Shown: positions 20,000 to 30,906, counted from the first letter of the stretch. The stretch is 64,000 nt of DNA from Bacillota bacterium (GCA_050260455.1 JBLNCF010000012.1:58236-122235), one strand, 5' to 3'. Translations and numbers: made by a program. The notes: generated from the letters alone by a model not told the origin.

Positions 20000-20566
20000 T
20001 TAGTACTTGCGAACGACGCCCGTCACTACCGCCTCGATATTGAGCGCACCTTTCGGATAGATGGGCTTGAACGCTGCGTTGGCGGGGTCGAGATAGAATC
20101 GATCGCCGCTCTTGCGAAGGTACTTCATCGTGTACTCGCCATCGACCGACGCGATGACTATCTGACCAGGCTTATACGATGCACGACGTTCGACGATAAC
20201 CAGATCGCCCGGGCAGATGCCGGCATCAATCATGCTCTCGCCCTTTACCTTGAGAATGTAGGAGTTCTCCTTGTTTGGAGTGAGGAACTCATCGAAATCC
20301 ATGACATCGAGGAGTTCTTCTTCAGCGGGGGAGGGGAAACCTGCCTCGACCAGACCGAGGAGAGGGACACCTACCAGGGTGCGACCGGGTGCGAGACGTC
20401 CTTGCTTGTCCTTCTTTACGACCCCGTCCTCGACCAGCTTATTGATGAGCTTATAGACGGAGTTCTTTGAAGAAAGACCTGTCGCTTCCATGATCTCCTT
20501 GTAGCCGGGCATGCGCTTATGCCGTTCATAAAAACCGACAATCTTCCGTTTGTAGCTGTCGTACAT
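20000..20566 (-). CDS. lexA: LexA-type repressor (wHTH plus S24 peptidase) with a UmuD-like cleavage loop
   Basis: N-terminal HTH, AGFPSPA, GESM (Ser) and TMK (Lys). The start at 20566 fits the promoter. Confidence 0.88.
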   Translation of the reverse strand: MYDSYKRKIVGFYERHKRMPGYKEIMEATGLSSKNSVYKLINKLVEDGVVKKDKQGRLAPGRTLVGVPLLGLVEAGFPSPAEEELLDVMDFDEFLTPNKENSYILKVKGESMIDAGICPGDLVIVERRASYKPGQIVIASVDGEYTMKYLRKSGDRFYLDPANAAFKPIYPKGALNIEAVVTGVVRKY

Positions 20567-20573
20567 GCTTACT

Positions 20574-20603
20574 ATGATAGGTGAACTAGGGTTCACCAGT
20601 CAA
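20574..20603 (-). promoter_or_regulatory. lexA promoter with an SOS box filling the -35/-10 spacer
   Basis: Minus strand reads TTGACT-[GGTGAACCCTAGTTCACC]-TATCAT-N7-ATG. Confidence 0.85.
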
Positions 20604-20616
20604 GTGGTGCGGTGGA

Positions 20617-21237
20617 TTATGTCTCGGTAGCGGGGGAGGAGCGTTGCTTCTTTTTGCGTGCACGCAGATATGCCGATAGAACATATCCGCCCACGCCGAT
20701 GGCGAGCGCGACACCGATACCGAGAGAGGTGAGCTTTGCATCCTGCTTCCATGCCGCACCGATGAAATAGCCTGCAGCTAGATAGGCAGCAGTGCACAGG
20801 GCATTTCCCAACAGATCGAAGAAGGCGAATTCGACGACGCGCATTTGTGAGAGACCGGCAATAGCATTTACGGGTGTGCTTGCGACACCGATAAGGCGGG
20901 AAAGAAAAACGGTTGCGCGCGGGTGGCGCTTGGCGTAGCCCTCGATGCGATTTGCGAATCGGTTACGCTCAACGAATCGGCGATACCCAGCCTTCTTGCC
21001 GAGCCGCCGTGATATCTCAAACACAATAATGTCGCTCATGGTGCTTGCAGCAGCGGCCGTGAAGAACGATATGAAAAAACTTAAATAGTGCGCACGCGCG
21101 AGTGCTCCTACGCCGATGAGAATGATGCCGATCGGTAGGAAGCTTGTGACTTCGCTTGCTGCGACCAAAAGAAAAAGCGCGCTGTATCCGTACGCGAGAA
21201 TGTACCCAATATCGGTCGAAGGCGTGGGGAGTGCCAT
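20617..21237 (-). CDS. DedA/VTT family membrane protein
   Basis: YGY..LF, D...F...R..G, VFLSR and AGLSQM..F motifs. Confidence 0.8.
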   Translation of the reverse strand: MALPTPSTDIGYILAYGYSALFLLVAASEVTSFLPIGIILIGVGALARAHYLSFFISFFTAAAASTMSDIIVFEISRRLGKKAGYRRFVERNRFANRIEGYAKRHPRATVFLSRLIGVASTPVNAIAGLSQMRVVEFAFFDLLGNALCTAAYLAAGYFIGAAWKQDAKLTSLGIGVALAIGVGGYVLSAYLRARKKKQRSSPATET

Positions 21238-21277
21238 CGACACCAGTATACGTCAGCAGGATGAGTCCCGAGTGAGG

Positions 21278-24200
21278 CTATTCCTCCGAACTTCGTGCGA
21301 AACGGGCAAGCACCTCCTTCCCGGGCCAGCGGTAGTAGAGAACGGGAATGAGGACGAGTGTGAGAAGGAGTGAAAAGGCGAGACCGAACATGATGGCGAC
21401 GGCAAGCGGTCCCCAGAATGGCGACACCAGAGCGAGCGGCACCATACCGATCACGGTCACAACGGTGGTGAGGAGGATGGGGCGTAGGCGGGTGGATGCT
21501 GCCTCGATCACCACGTTCTCAAGGGACATGGTCTCGTCTTCACGATGGATACGAGCGATCGAGTCCATGAGAATGATGGCGTGGTTGATAATCACGCCCG
21601 CAAGCGCGATGACACCGAGCATGGAGGTGAGGGAGAGCGGCTGTCCGACGAGCGTAAGACCGGCAAATACACCCACCAACGAAAGCGGAATGATGGAGAG
21701 GAGGTAGAAGGATTGACGGAATGAATTGAACTCAAGCACCAGGATGGAAAGCATAAGCGCTGCACCTGCGATGAGTGCAATAAAGAGTTCAGTGAAGGAT
21801 TTGCCAATGTCTTCTGACGCACCGCCGAGCTTCATGGTCACCCCCGTGCCGAGCATCGCGGGAGTAAAACGTTTCTCAAAGGCACGGGTCGCTTCAAGTG
21901 CGTTGGTCTTCGGACCCACATCTGCGGTTACGGTCGCGATGCGATGTCCGGCTTCGTGATGAATGGCCGTCTGTGCCGCTGCGTAATGGACGTCAGCGAT
22001 AGTGGAAAGGGGTACGGGACCCTTGGCGCCTGGAATGGTGAGTGCACGCACCGCATCAATATTGGCATGGGTGGTCTCGGAAGGATCAGCGTACGTTGGA
22101 TTGAGATCAAGCTTCACCCGCACCTCGATATCATTCGTACCGGTGCGAATAGAGGTCGCCTTGGCACTATAGAGGGCGGTGCGAAGCGTATCAGCAACCA
22201 CTGCAGGTGAGACTCCCATCTCGGCTGCTTTTGCACTATCAAGTGCGACCACAAACTCTGCGCTGGCATCCTTGGTGCTGGAATCGATGTTCACGACACC
22301 GGGGATATCGGAGAGAGTGTGTGCGGCACGATCTGCAGTGGCCGAAAGCGCCCCCAGGTCATCACCCGAGAAGGTGATGGTGATAGGGGAGGAGGAAGGA
22401 GGACCACCTTGCGGCTCACCGACGGTGATGGAAGCGGATGTAATGCCGGAAAGCTCCTTACGCAGTTCGGTCACGAACTTCGCGCTCGGGATATGGTGTT
22501 TCGGAAGATTCACCGTGATATTCGCGACATTGCTTCCCGAAGAGGGACCGGTAAGACCGCCGCCGGCAAAGGAACTACCAGAACCAACCTCGGTCACGAA
22601 CGAAGCGACGTGCTTGTCTCCATACAACACTTCTTCAATCTGACGTACTGCAAGATCGGTTTCAGAGAGTTCTGTACCCTGCGGTTTCTCAATCTCTACG
22701 TATACGTAATCTGAATCAGCACCGGGGAAGAAAATGGATTTAAGAAGTCCGGTGGAGGGAAGTGCAAGAGCAATGAAGAAAAGCGCGATCATCGCTGCAA
22801 TGAAGCGGTTTTGACTTTTGGTGTCATGGAGAAGCTTACGCAAGAACTGCTGATACCACGCACGAGCTTTCACGTTGTACTCTTCCTGGCGCGCGGCGAG
22901 CGGGTTGTATGAATCTTTCACGAAGAAGACAGAAAGAATCGGTACGAATCCAAGTGCGACGAAGATGGACGCCAGGAGAACGAAGATAACAGTGAATGGA
23001 ATCGCGGCGAGGAATTTACCGACGATACCCGACAGGAAGAAGAGTGGGATGAACACCACGATGGTAGTGAAGGTACCGGCGATGAGTGGCCAGGCGTATT
23101 CGCGAATAGCAGCGATTGCTGCTTCATGGCGATCACCATATTTATGCAGACGGGTATGAAAGGCTTCGACCACCACGATACCCGAGTCGACCAAAATACC
23201 GATAGCAAGGATGAGCGAGAACAACGAAACATTATTGAGGGTGTTGCCTGAAGCCATGAGGCCGATGAACGCAACCAAGAAAGAAAGAGGAACCGAAGCG
23301 GCTGCTACCAGTGACTCGCGCCATCCGAGGGTGACCAAGAGTACGAGCATGACGAGGATAACCGTCTCGATACCGGCGCGTCCCAGTTCAGTGAGACTCT
23401 TATTCACCTCTTCCGCTCCGTTATAGGAGATAACGGTTTCAGTTCCGGCGAGCATGCCGGACTGCAGGTCCGTAAGTTTCTTCTCGATAGCATGCCCGGT
23501 CTCGACAATGTTGCCTCCGCGGCTTTTAAAGATAGTGAGCGTGAGGGAAGGTTCTGCCGGTTTGCCTCCTACCGACACGCGCGAGAACGAAGTGGGGTCC
23601 TCAAGGCCATCGACGACATCGGCCACGTCGCGCACGTGGAGAGTCGAACCACCGGGACCTGCAATAGCAACGTTCGCGACGGCCTCGGTTGAAGGTACGC
23701 CCGAATCAAAACGCACCGCGTAGCGGATACCGTCCACGGTGATGGAGCCAGCCGGGGAGGCGACGCCAGCAGCGCGAATTGCGTTCGTAATATCGGAAAG
23801 TGAGAGGCCATACTCGCGCAAGCGATCCTCTCTGGCGATGACCTGCACCTGGCGCGCACGCACGCCAGAGACAGTCACTTTGGAAACACCGGGCACACGC
23901 TTCAGCTCTTCGGAAAGGGAGTCACCGAGCGCCGTCAATTCAGCAGGCGCCAAATCGCCGGAAACCGATACCACCATGATGGGCGAGTCGGCAAAGTTCA
24001 CGTCGGATACTACCGGTGCCTGCGCTTCAGCGGGAAGTTCGGGACGTACCTTATCGACTGCATCCTTCAAGAGCTGGATCGACTTATCAATATCTGCAGA
24101 GGAATCAAACTCAACTGATACTACGGAAATACCCTCGCCAGATGTAGAAGTCACCTTCGAAACATGTTCGACGGGGAGCACACCGCTCTCGATTTTGTCG

Positions 24201-24394
24201 GTGATGAGGCGCTCGACATCCGAAGAACTGGCACCCGGCAGCGTGGTTGAGACCACGCCAAGCGGAATGGAGATATCTGGCGTTGCCTCCTTTGGTATGG
24301 CGGTAAGTGCGTAAAGACCGCCTGCCAGAAGCACCAGCATCAGAAACACCGTGAAGTGGTGCTTGCGTATGAAAAAGGTCCAGAACCTGGTCAT
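21278..24394 (-). CDS. RND (AcrB-like) transporter permease
   Basis: 1038 aa; IGILVDSGIVVVE and R.RPILLT. Confidence 0.92.
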   Translation of the reverse strand: MTRFWTFFIRKHHFTVFLMLVLLAGGLYALTAIPKEATPDISIPLGVVSTTLPGASSSDVERLITDKIESGVLPVEHVSKVTSTSGEGISVVSVEFDSSADIDKSIQLLKDAVDKVRPELPAEAQAPVVSDVNFADSPIMVVSVSGDLAPAELTALGDSLSEELKRVPGVSKVTVSGVRARQVQVIAREDRLREYGLSLSDITNAIRAAGVASPAGSITVDGIRYAVRFDSGVPSTEAVANVAIAGPGGSTLHVRDVADVVDGLEDPTSFSRVSVGGKPAEPSLTLTIFKSRGGNIVETGHAIEKKLTDLQSGMLAGTETVISYNGAEEVNKSLTELGRAGIETVILVMLVLLVTLGWRESLVAAASVPLSFLVAFIGLMASGNTLNNVSLFSLILAIGILVDSGIVVVEAFHTRLHKYGDRHEAAIAAIREYAWPLIAGTFTTIVVFIPLFFLSGIVGKFLAAIPFTVIFVLLASIFVALGFVPILSVFFVKDSYNPLAARQEEYNVKARAWYQQFLRKLLHDTKSQNRFIAAMIALFFIALALPSTGLLKSIFFPGADSDYVYVEIEKPQGTELSETDLAVRQIEEVLYGDKHVASFVTEVGSGSSFAGGGLTGPSSGSNVANITVNLPKHHIPSAKFVTELRKELSGITSASITVGEPQGGPPSSSPITITFSGDDLGALSATADRAAHTLSDIPGVVNIDSSTKDASAEFVVALDSAKAAEMGVSPAVVADTLRTALYSAKATSIRTGTNDIEVRVKLDLNPTYADPSETTHANIDAVRALTIPGAKGPVPLSTIADVHYAAAQTAIHHEAGHRIATVTADVGPKTNALEATRAFEKRFTPAMLGTGVTMKLGGASEDIGKSFTELFIALIAGAALMLSILVLEFNSFRQSFYLLSIIPLSLVGVFAGLTLVGQPLSLTSMLGVIALAGVIINHAIILMDSIARIHREDETMSLENVVIEAASTRLRPILLTTVVTVIGMVPLALVSPFWGPLAVAIMFGLAFSLLLTLVLIPVLYYRWPGKEVLARFARSSEE

Positions 24395-24396
24395 TG

Positions 24397-25938
24397 CTAT
24401 TTGGTCGCCTCGACGACGTTCACTTTCTGTCCTTCCGAGAGTCCGCGGGCGTCGGTGACGATACGTAGGTCACTAGGGAGGTCGGTAGTGATCTCGATGC
24501 GGTCACCATGCACATCGCCGATATCGACGGGGTGTGCAATCAAACGACCGTCTTCGCCCAGAGAGAACACCACGCGCGAGTTTGGCGTGAGTTTGAGTGC
24601 GGCAAGGGGAAGCATGAGAGGACCGCTTGCAGTCGAGGTCGCAACAGCTGCGCCCGGCAATGAAACGCGGACCGACTGACCGTTCACGAGCGTGGATGCA
24701 CCAGTAACGGCGATGTGGACTTCGATCTGCTTGGTGGTGGGATCGAGTGCGGGAGCAATGGAAGTGATGATGCCGGGGTACTGGTCTTCTATCATGACGT
24801 TCGTTCCCACAGAGAGATGAGAGCGGGTCTCCTCGGAAACATACGCAACGATTTCAAGCGCACCATTTTGTGCCACGGTTGCCACATGCGTATAGGCGGT
24901 TACGTAGTCGCCCACGTGAAGCGGAAGGAAGTTCACTTGGCCGGAGATCGGTGCACGGATGAGTGTTTTCTCGAGGTTTGCTTGTGCGGCACGCAAGGTG
25001 CCGAGTGCCGTTTTCACACTCGCGTCCGCACCCGCAGTCGCCGATGTTCCCTGGCTGCGGTACGTCTGCTTAGCAGCCGTGATGCTTGCCTGGACCGAAG
25101 CAATGTTTGTGCGTGCGGTAGCGAGCGCAGCGAGTTGGGTTGCGTTGGCGTCGGTGCCGTAACGGGTCGCGATGCTTGCGATATCAGTAACGAGCGCTGA
25201 TGCTTCACGGGTGATGCTGTCGGCTTCGGTAAGGAGTGTCTCACCATTTGCGGACGATGCGGTCGCAAGGTGCGAGCGCCACACATCCATATCCTTGCTT
25301 AGTGTCTGGCGCTTGGTGGAGAAATAGGTTGAACCGAATTCGCGTGGACTGATGAGGAACGTCGGACCGAACGCGCCCTGGCTACCATAAAAGGTGTCGA
25401 CGTAGGTCTTGAGCGTCGAGTCGAGTGAGTTATACGAAGAAGTATAGGTGTTAAGAGCGGATGCTCCGATGTCGCCGACAGAAATGCCCGAACGCGCAGC
25501 AACGGCTGCGTCGTAGGATCCTTCAGCTTGTAGTACGGCAGCACGTTGGCTTGCGTTATCAAGTTCCGCAAGCACGTAGCCAGCCGGAACGTTCTGGCCA
25601 AGTTTCGCGTGGATGGAACGGACGGTACCACCTGATTCGGCGAGAATGTTCGCTTCGGTAATGGAGCGAACCGATCCAATGACACCGACCGAAGAAGCGT
25701 TTCCTGAAAGTTCAGCGATGGGCGCGAGTGTTACGGAAGGGAGGGTCTGTACTGCTTCGGCGGAAGAACCCAACCGTATGAGAAATGATATGACGGCAAG
25801 GAGGAGAATGACGACCAGAACACCGATAAGTGTCTGCAGCCAGAGGGCGAGTGAGAGATATCGAGACCAAAGCCGCTTACCGAAGCGGCCGACAGGAGCA
25901 AAGCGTTCCAAAGGAAAAGCGAGTCGTGGTATACGCAT
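24397..25938 (-). CDS. RND membrane-fusion (adaptor) protein with a long coiled coil
   Basis: N-terminal TM; lipoyl halves (GQNV.AG..LAELD; IRAPISG.V); GLSEGQKV. Confidence 0.85.
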   Translation of the reverse strand: MRIPRLAFPLERFAPVGRFGKRLWSRYLSLALWLQTLIGVLVVILLLAVISFLIRLGSSAEAVQTLPSVTLAPIAELSGNASSVGVIGSVRSITEANILAESGGTVRSIHAKLGQNVPAGYVLAELDNASQRAAVLQAEGSYDAAVAARSGISVGDIGASALNTYTSSYNSLDSTLKTYVDTFYGSQGAFGPTFLISPREFGSTYFSTKRQTLSKDMDVWRSHLATASSANGETLLTEADSITREASALVTDIASIATRYGTDANATQLAALATARTNIASVQASITAAKQTYRSQGTSATAGADASVKTALGTLRAAQANLEKTLIRAPISGQVNFLPLHVGDYVTAYTHVATVAQNGALEIVAYVSEETRSHLSVGTNVMIEDQYPGIITSIAPALDPTTKQIEVHIAVTGASTLVNGQSVRVSLPGAAVATSTASGPLMLPLAALKLTPNSRVVFSLGEDGRLIAHPVDIGDVHGDRIEITTDLPSDLRIVTDARGLSEGQKVNVVEATK

Positions 25939-26033
25939 GAAGGCTTCATCAGTATACGGAAAAGTAGGGATAAAGTCAAATTAGCTCATTTCTTTCCTGA
26001 ATCCTTCACGGAGGAGAAAGGATACTGGTTTAT

Positions 26034-26735
26034 ATGCATCCGCTCATAATCCAGCGCGTTGCCACGGTTGCCGCCATGCCGCTTGTCGCGGCTGGTGGCT
26101 GGGCAGGGTATTCCCATTATGGAACCCCTTATCCGGCGCCACAGCCGCAGCAGATCGTCTGTACTACGCTCTCGACGGACCTGTACTACGGTGGCCATGC
26201 AAACGACGTGATGTATCTTCAACGATTCCTTTCAGCACAAGGCTACCTCGTCGCCTCGCCTACGGGATACTACGGACCGGCGACCCGTCAGGCCGTCTCG
26301 CGTTTCCAAGCAGACCGGGGCATTCCGATTAGCGGCTACGTCGACTGGCAAACGCGCCAGAGCATCGAGCAGGTCACCTGTACGCACTACAGCCCGCAGA
26401 GTAACGGAAGCTATTCATACCAAGACCATTACACCTGTGACGGATATGGACCCTGCGATCATTCGTACGCTCCTTCCTATCCGGATGGCTGCACCAGTTA
26501 CTATGATCGCTCCTGTTATGTGAACGGACGGTATATAGGACCGTCATACGATACCGGTACGTATCGTGGTCACGACGATAGCTGCTATCTCTCAAACGGT
26601 AGATGGTATGGAGACTGTGCCAACCAGCAGTATGGATACGATTATTCGTACCCCAGCTATTACCCGTATGACAACGAATACGCGTGTTACTACGACCGCG
26701 CATGTCTCGCGCGTATGCAGGGCCGCGACTACTAG
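26034..26735 (+). CDS. Peptidoglycan-binding domain protein with a Tyr/Cys-rich tail
   Basis: DV..LQRFL..QGY...TGYYGPATRQAV.RFQ...GI..SG.V. Confidence 0.8.
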   Translation: MHPLIIQRVATVAAMPLVAAGGWAGYSHYGTPYPAPQPQQIVCTTLSTDLYYGGHANDVMYLQRFLSAQGYLVASPTGYYGPATRQAVSRFQADRGIPISGYVDWQTRQSIEQVTCTHYSPQSNGSYSYQDHYTCDGYGPCDHSYAPSYPDGCTSYYDRSCYVNGRYIGPSYDTGTYRGHDDSCYLSNGRWYGDCANQQYGYDYSYPSYYPYDNEYACYYDRACLARMQGRDY

Positions 26736-26798
26736 CGTTAACCTCTACTTCATTCCAGCTATCGTGAAATGAGTGCATTACCTTCTAATGCACTCGAT

Positions 26799-27338
26799 AT
26801 GAAAAAATTCACGATAGGCGTATTTGAATCACGCGATGTCGCCGAGAAAGCGATTAATCGCGTCCACAACGAACTCTCCATTCCAAACGATGACATTTCG
26901 TACATCTACCGCAACGCAGAAGGGGATGTGCAAGAAGTCGATGCCGGGAAAGTAAGCACTAACACTCCTGCGGAAGGTGCGGGGAAGGGAGCCGTAGTCG
27001 GTGGAGCGGTGGGAGCGCTCGCAGGTATCGCTGCGGTTGCGGGAGTGATCCCAGTCGTAGGACCATTATTTGCGGCCGGACCGCTTGCTGCTGCGCTTGG
27101 GCTTACCGGCGCGATCGGCACTACTGCTGCCGGTGCGCTCACGGGAGCCGCTGCAGGAGGACTTATCGGTGCGCTCGGTAATATGGGTGTTGGCGAAGAA
27201 CACGCACAACGTTATGCAGACCTGGTGCATGCAGGAGACATTCTCGTTGCAGTCTATGCCCCTGAAGAGACGGATGTCGCAACGCTCTTCCGAGATGCGG
27301 GAGCTATGGAGACGGAGTCCTACGTACTCAAGGTCTAG
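26799..27338 (+). CDS. General stress protein (YflT/DUF1269-like, glycine zipper)
   Basis: GVFE...AEKA, GAVVGGAVGAL, GP..AAG and GGLIGAL..MGV.EEHA..Y. Confidence 0.75.
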   Translation: MKKFTIGVFESRDVAEKAINRVHNELSIPNDDISYIYRNAEGDVQEVDAGKVSTNTPAEGAGKGAVVGGAVGALAGIAAVAGVIPVVGPLFAAGPLAAALGLTGAIGTTAAGALTGAAAGGLIGALGNMGVGEEHAQRYADLVHAGDILVAVYAPEETDVATLFRDAGAMETESYVLKV

Positions 27339-27385
27339 TCCCCATGTTAGTTAGGCATCCTCGCATCTACGCGTAGAATGGAAGT

Positions 27386-29065
27386 ATGACCCAGGCCCAA
27401 GCGCTCGACATTCTCAAGACCGGCGCGAACGTGTTCCTCACGGGGGAGCCGGGAAGCGGCAAGACGCACACGCTTTCCGCATACATCGCCTGGCTTAAGT
27501 CTCATGGCATCGAACCATCGGTGACTGCATCTACGGGCATCGCCGCAACGCATGTGGGCGGCATGACTATCCATTCGTGGAGCGGGATCGGTATTCTTGA
27601 GCACCTCGATGCAGAAGATCTCGATCGCATCGCCTCGAAGGAGCACGTTGCGCGCCGCATTCAAAAAGCAAAGGTACTTATCATTGATGAGATCTCCATG
27701 CTCTCTGCAGGGGCGCTCTCGATGGTGGACGCGGTTGCTCGCGAGGTGCGTCGAGATACTCGCGCCTTCGGCGGTCTACAAGTAATCTTCTGCGGCGATT
27801 TCTTCCAGCTTCCGCCCGTCACGCGCGGTGGCACGCCAGCAGAGTTTGCGTTCATGTCTCCATCGTGGCGTTCGGCTACACCGCTCGTGTGTTATCTCAC
27901 GGAGCAGCATCGCCAGGAGGACGACACCTATCTCTCCATTCTCTCCGCTATACGCGATGGCAGTTTCGATCATACGCATGCGTCGGCCATTCTCTCGCGC
28001 GAATCGGATGGGGACGAGCTTGAGAGCGACACGCCGCGCCTCTTCACGCACAACGCGGACGTGGATCGCATCAACGATGAATGTCTTGCGCGGCTTCCCG
28101 GTTCTTCTCGTGCGTTCCGTATGGAAACCACCGGTCCTGATGTGCTTATCGAAGGATTGAAGCGGGGTTGTCTGTCGCCCGAGACACTGGAACTGAAAGT
28201 GGGCGCCGTTGTGATGTGTACCAAGAATCATCCGGCAGGCATGTACGTGAACGGTACGCTCGGAACCGTCACCGGTTTCGCACGCGGTTCAGGCGAACCG
28301 ATCATCGAAACCCGCGATGGTCGGGAGCTGTCGATGGTATCAACCGAGTGGGCTCTTGAAGAGAATGGCAAGGTGCGTGCAAAGATTGCACAGGTGCCGC
28401 TTCGACTTGCATGGGCCATTACGATACATAAGAGTCAGGGCATGAGCATGGATGCCGCGGCCATCGATCTGTCACGCTCGTTTGAGTTTGGACAGGGGTA
28501 CGTTGCACTCTCGCGCGTGAGATCACTGTCAGGTCTTGTGCTTCTCGGGTGGAGTGAACAAGCGACTTTGGTGCATCCAGAAGTTGCGCGCATGGATGAA
28601 CGTCTGCGCGAGGAATCCTATGCCGCAGAAGAGGCGTTCCAGACGTTGAGTGAAGATGGCGACCTCGCAATCATGCACCGCAATTTCATCATGGCGTCCG
28701 GGGGTACGCTCACGGAAGCTCCAGAAGGAGCGAAGTCGACCAAGCGTACGACGTATGACGAGACACTCGCATTCATTGAAGACGGCATGCCGCTTATCGA
28801 TATCGCCAAAGAACGCAAACTCACGATCGGTACCATTGCCGATCATGCGGAAAAACTCATTGCAGGTGGACGCATTGATGCGGCGACCTTACTTGCACTC
28901 ATCCCGGCCCGACTGGTCGCCGGACTCCCTGATATCCACGAGACCTTCGAAGAAGTCGGTACGGAGAAACTTGCTCCGGCGCATGCAAAATTGCACGGCC
29001 GATATACCTACGATGAGTTGAAACTGGCCCGCATCCTGTACGCTCGGGAGGCTGGGGTAAAATAA
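27386..29065 (+). CDS. PIF1/RecD-like SF1B helicase with a C-terminal HTH
   Basis: GEPGSGKT, IIDEISM, GDFFQLPP, AWAITIHKSQG and YVALSR. Confidence 0.9.
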   Translation: MTQAQALDILKTGANVFLTGEPGSGKTHTLSAYIAWLKSHGIEPSVTASTGIAATHVGGMTIHSWSGIGILEHLDAEDLDRIASKEHVARRIQKAKVLIIDEISMLSAGALSMVDAVAREVRRDTRAFGGLQVIFCGDFFQLPPVTRGGTPAEFAFMSPSWRSATPLVCYLTEQHRQEDDTYLSILSAIRDGSFDHTHASAILSRESDGDELESDTPRLFTHNADVDRINDECLARLPGSSRAFRMETTGPDVLIEGLKRGCLSPETLELKVGAVVMCTKNHPAGMYVNGTLGTVTGFARGSGEPIIETRDGRELSMVSTEWALEENGKVRAKIAQVPLRLAWAITIHKSQGMSMDAAAIDLSRSFEFGQGYVALSRVRSLSGLVLLGWSEQATLVHPEVARMDERLREESYAAEEAFQTLSEDGDLAIMHRNFIMASGGTLTEAPEGAKSTKRTTYDETLAFIEDGMPLIDIAKERKLTIGTIADHAEKLIAGGRIDAATLLALIPARLVAGLPDIHETFEEVGTEKLAPAHAKLHGRYTYDELKLARILYAREAGVK

Positions 29066-29069
29066 GCGG

Positions 29070-30080
29070 ATGAGCGCGACCGTTCCTCCTCGGCCAAGCA
29101 TCGGCCGCGTCATCGGGCTTGCATTCTTATGGTTCTCTCTCGCCGTGATAGCGGTGGCGCTTCTGTATGCCGCCGCCTTCGGTCCCACCGATGCTTCTGC
29201 ACCGTCAGCACAATTCCTGGTGGAGCCGGACGAATCGGTAGAACAGGTGGGGAAGGCACTGGCTGTACAAGGATACGTGCGTTCTCCATTTATATTTGAA
29301 CTCGCGTACCTGCGTGCCACTCCGAATGGGAAAGGTATTCGTCCGGGTCAGTATGAGATAAGCAAGTCCATGGATGCCTGGGCCATCGGCGCTGCGCTTG
29401 TACGCTTGCCTTCAGTCGCGTGGGTAAAGATTCCTGTGGGACTACGTAAAGAGCAGATCGCTGATCTACTTGCAGACTCTCTTGAGTGGAGTGATGCACA
29501 AAGAACCGCATGGCTTGCGGCGACCGCAAGCACGAGTGTGAACTACCAGGAAGGTGTGTACTTCCCGGATACCTATTTCATTCCCACAGATGAAGACCCC
29601 GCGCTCATAGCTGAACGTATGCGCAACCGTTTTAAAGAAGTGTTCGCTCCCTATGCTGCGGAAGCGGTGAAGAAGGGTATTCCGTGGACGAAGGTGGTGA
29701 CCATTGCGTCACTGATTCAGCGTGAGGCGGGAAGTGCGAGCGACATGCCTATCATTTCCGGCATCATACAGAACCGTCTTAAGACGGGTATGCCGCTCGC
29801 GATAGATGCAACACTTCAATATATGGAGGGGAATGAGGAGAATGGCTGGTGGCCCAAACCGCATGCCGCTGCAACTTATCCCGCTTCACCTTTCAATACG
29901 TATAAAGAGACAGGGTTGCCGCCGCACCCGATTGCTAATCCAGGTTTGGTGGCCATTAATGCTGCGCTCAATCCCACCGCCACCGATTGTCTCTTCTATA
30001 TCCATGACAACAATGGTCAGATCCATTGTTCAAAGACCTATTCAGGGCAGATGGCGAATATCAAGAAATACTTAAGGTAA
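29070..30080 (+). CDS. mltG: Endolytic transglycosylase MltG
   Basis: EG.YFPDTY, ASLIQREA, NRL..GMPL.ID and SPFNTY...GLPP.PI.NPG. Confidence 0.9.
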   Translation: MSATVPPRPSIGRVIGLAFLWFSLAVIAVALLYAAAFGPTDASAPSAQFLVEPDESVEQVGKALAVQGYVRSPFIFELAYLRATPNGKGIRPGQYEISKSMDAWAIGAALVRLPSVAWVKIPVGLRKEQIADLLADSLEWSDAQRTAWLAATASTSVNYQEGVYFPDTYFIPTDEDPALIAERMRNRFKEVFAPYAAEAVKKGIPWTKVVTIASLIQREAGSASDMPIISGIIQNRLKTGMPLAIDATLQYMEGNEENGWWPKPHAAATYPASPFNTYKETGLPPHPIANPGLVAINAALNPTATDCLFYIHDNNGQIHCSKTYSGQMANIKKYLR

Positions 30081-30129
30081 TTGACCGTATAGGATCTTGT
30101 GTCATTCTCTCTCCAGAAAGGAGACACGC

Positions 30130-30789
30130 ATGCGTGCCGACACTATCCCGAGTGACGAAGAAATCATCGAGATAAATCTTCGCTACTATCGTGAAAGAGT
30201 AGAAACGGAGCTCGTTGTCCAGCAACAGTATCAGGAGGAAAACGAACACGAGGATTCCGAAGCGGACTTGCTTTTCGAAGAGTTCAACGCGCGTTGCCCC
30301 AAGGATGGCATCCTGATTGATATTGGGTGTGGTCAGGGCCATTACGTCCCGTGGATGAAAGAGATGGGATTCACCGGGTACCTTGGCATCGACCCTTCGG
30401 AGGCAATGCTTGGACTTGCTCGTCTTCAGAATCCGGAGACCGAGTTCCGCGTGGGGAACGTGCTCACTCTGACAGAAACTGCGCCCGGGCCTTACGCTGG
30501 CTTTCTCTGCTGCTTTGCACTGCCGTTCATTCCTCGGGCGTATGTGCCCCGTGCTCTCGCAAATATCCGGAGTGTTCTACGCGATGGAAGCTACGGCATC
30601 TTCGCAGTTGCGTACGGAGATGGGGAGCGGTGGTCCGAGATTGTCGCTGAAGGAGAAGGGCTTCGGCCGTTCGTCACGGAGTGGGATGCGGAGCTTCTTG
30701 ATCCGCACTTATGCACTGCGGGCTTCGAGATGGTCCAGACCTATCTTGATCGCGACCGTTTCTTGTGGATGCTTGTTCGTGCGGAGTGA
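30130..30789 (+). CDS. Class I SAM-dependent methyltransferase (SD-led cassette)
   Basis: LIDIGCGQG and GIDPSEAML; TTGACC-N17-CATTCT promoter; SD AAGGAG; hairpin at about 30796-30837. Confidence 0.8.
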   Translation: MRADTIPSDEEIIEINLRYYRERVETELVVQQQYQEENEHEDSEADLLFEEFNARCPKDGILIDIGCGQGHYVPWMKEMGFTGYLGIDPSEAMLGLARLQNPETEFRVGNVLTLTETAPGPYAGFLCCFALPFIPRAYVPRALANIRSVLRDGSYGIFAVAYGDGERWSEIVAEGEGLRPFVTEWDAELLDPHLCTAGFEMVQTYLDRDRFLWMLVRAE

Positions 30790-30906
30790 GTATATAGCCG
30801 CCGACGTGAGAGCCTTCTGCTCTCACAGGCGGCTTTCATGTTTCATTGACGCCTTGCATATATAAAGGTATTTTTTACTCAACGGCCGCGCGGCCTCTTT
30901 TTAATT

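Noticed and set aside
26771-26795. GAGTGCATTA-N5-TAATGCACTC inverted repeat resembling CIRCE
   Set aside because: The arms are in the opposite order to CIRCE (TTAGCACTC-N9-GAGTGCTAA) and the spacing is wrong. It is more likely a simple leader hairpin, and no CIRCE is seen at groESL.
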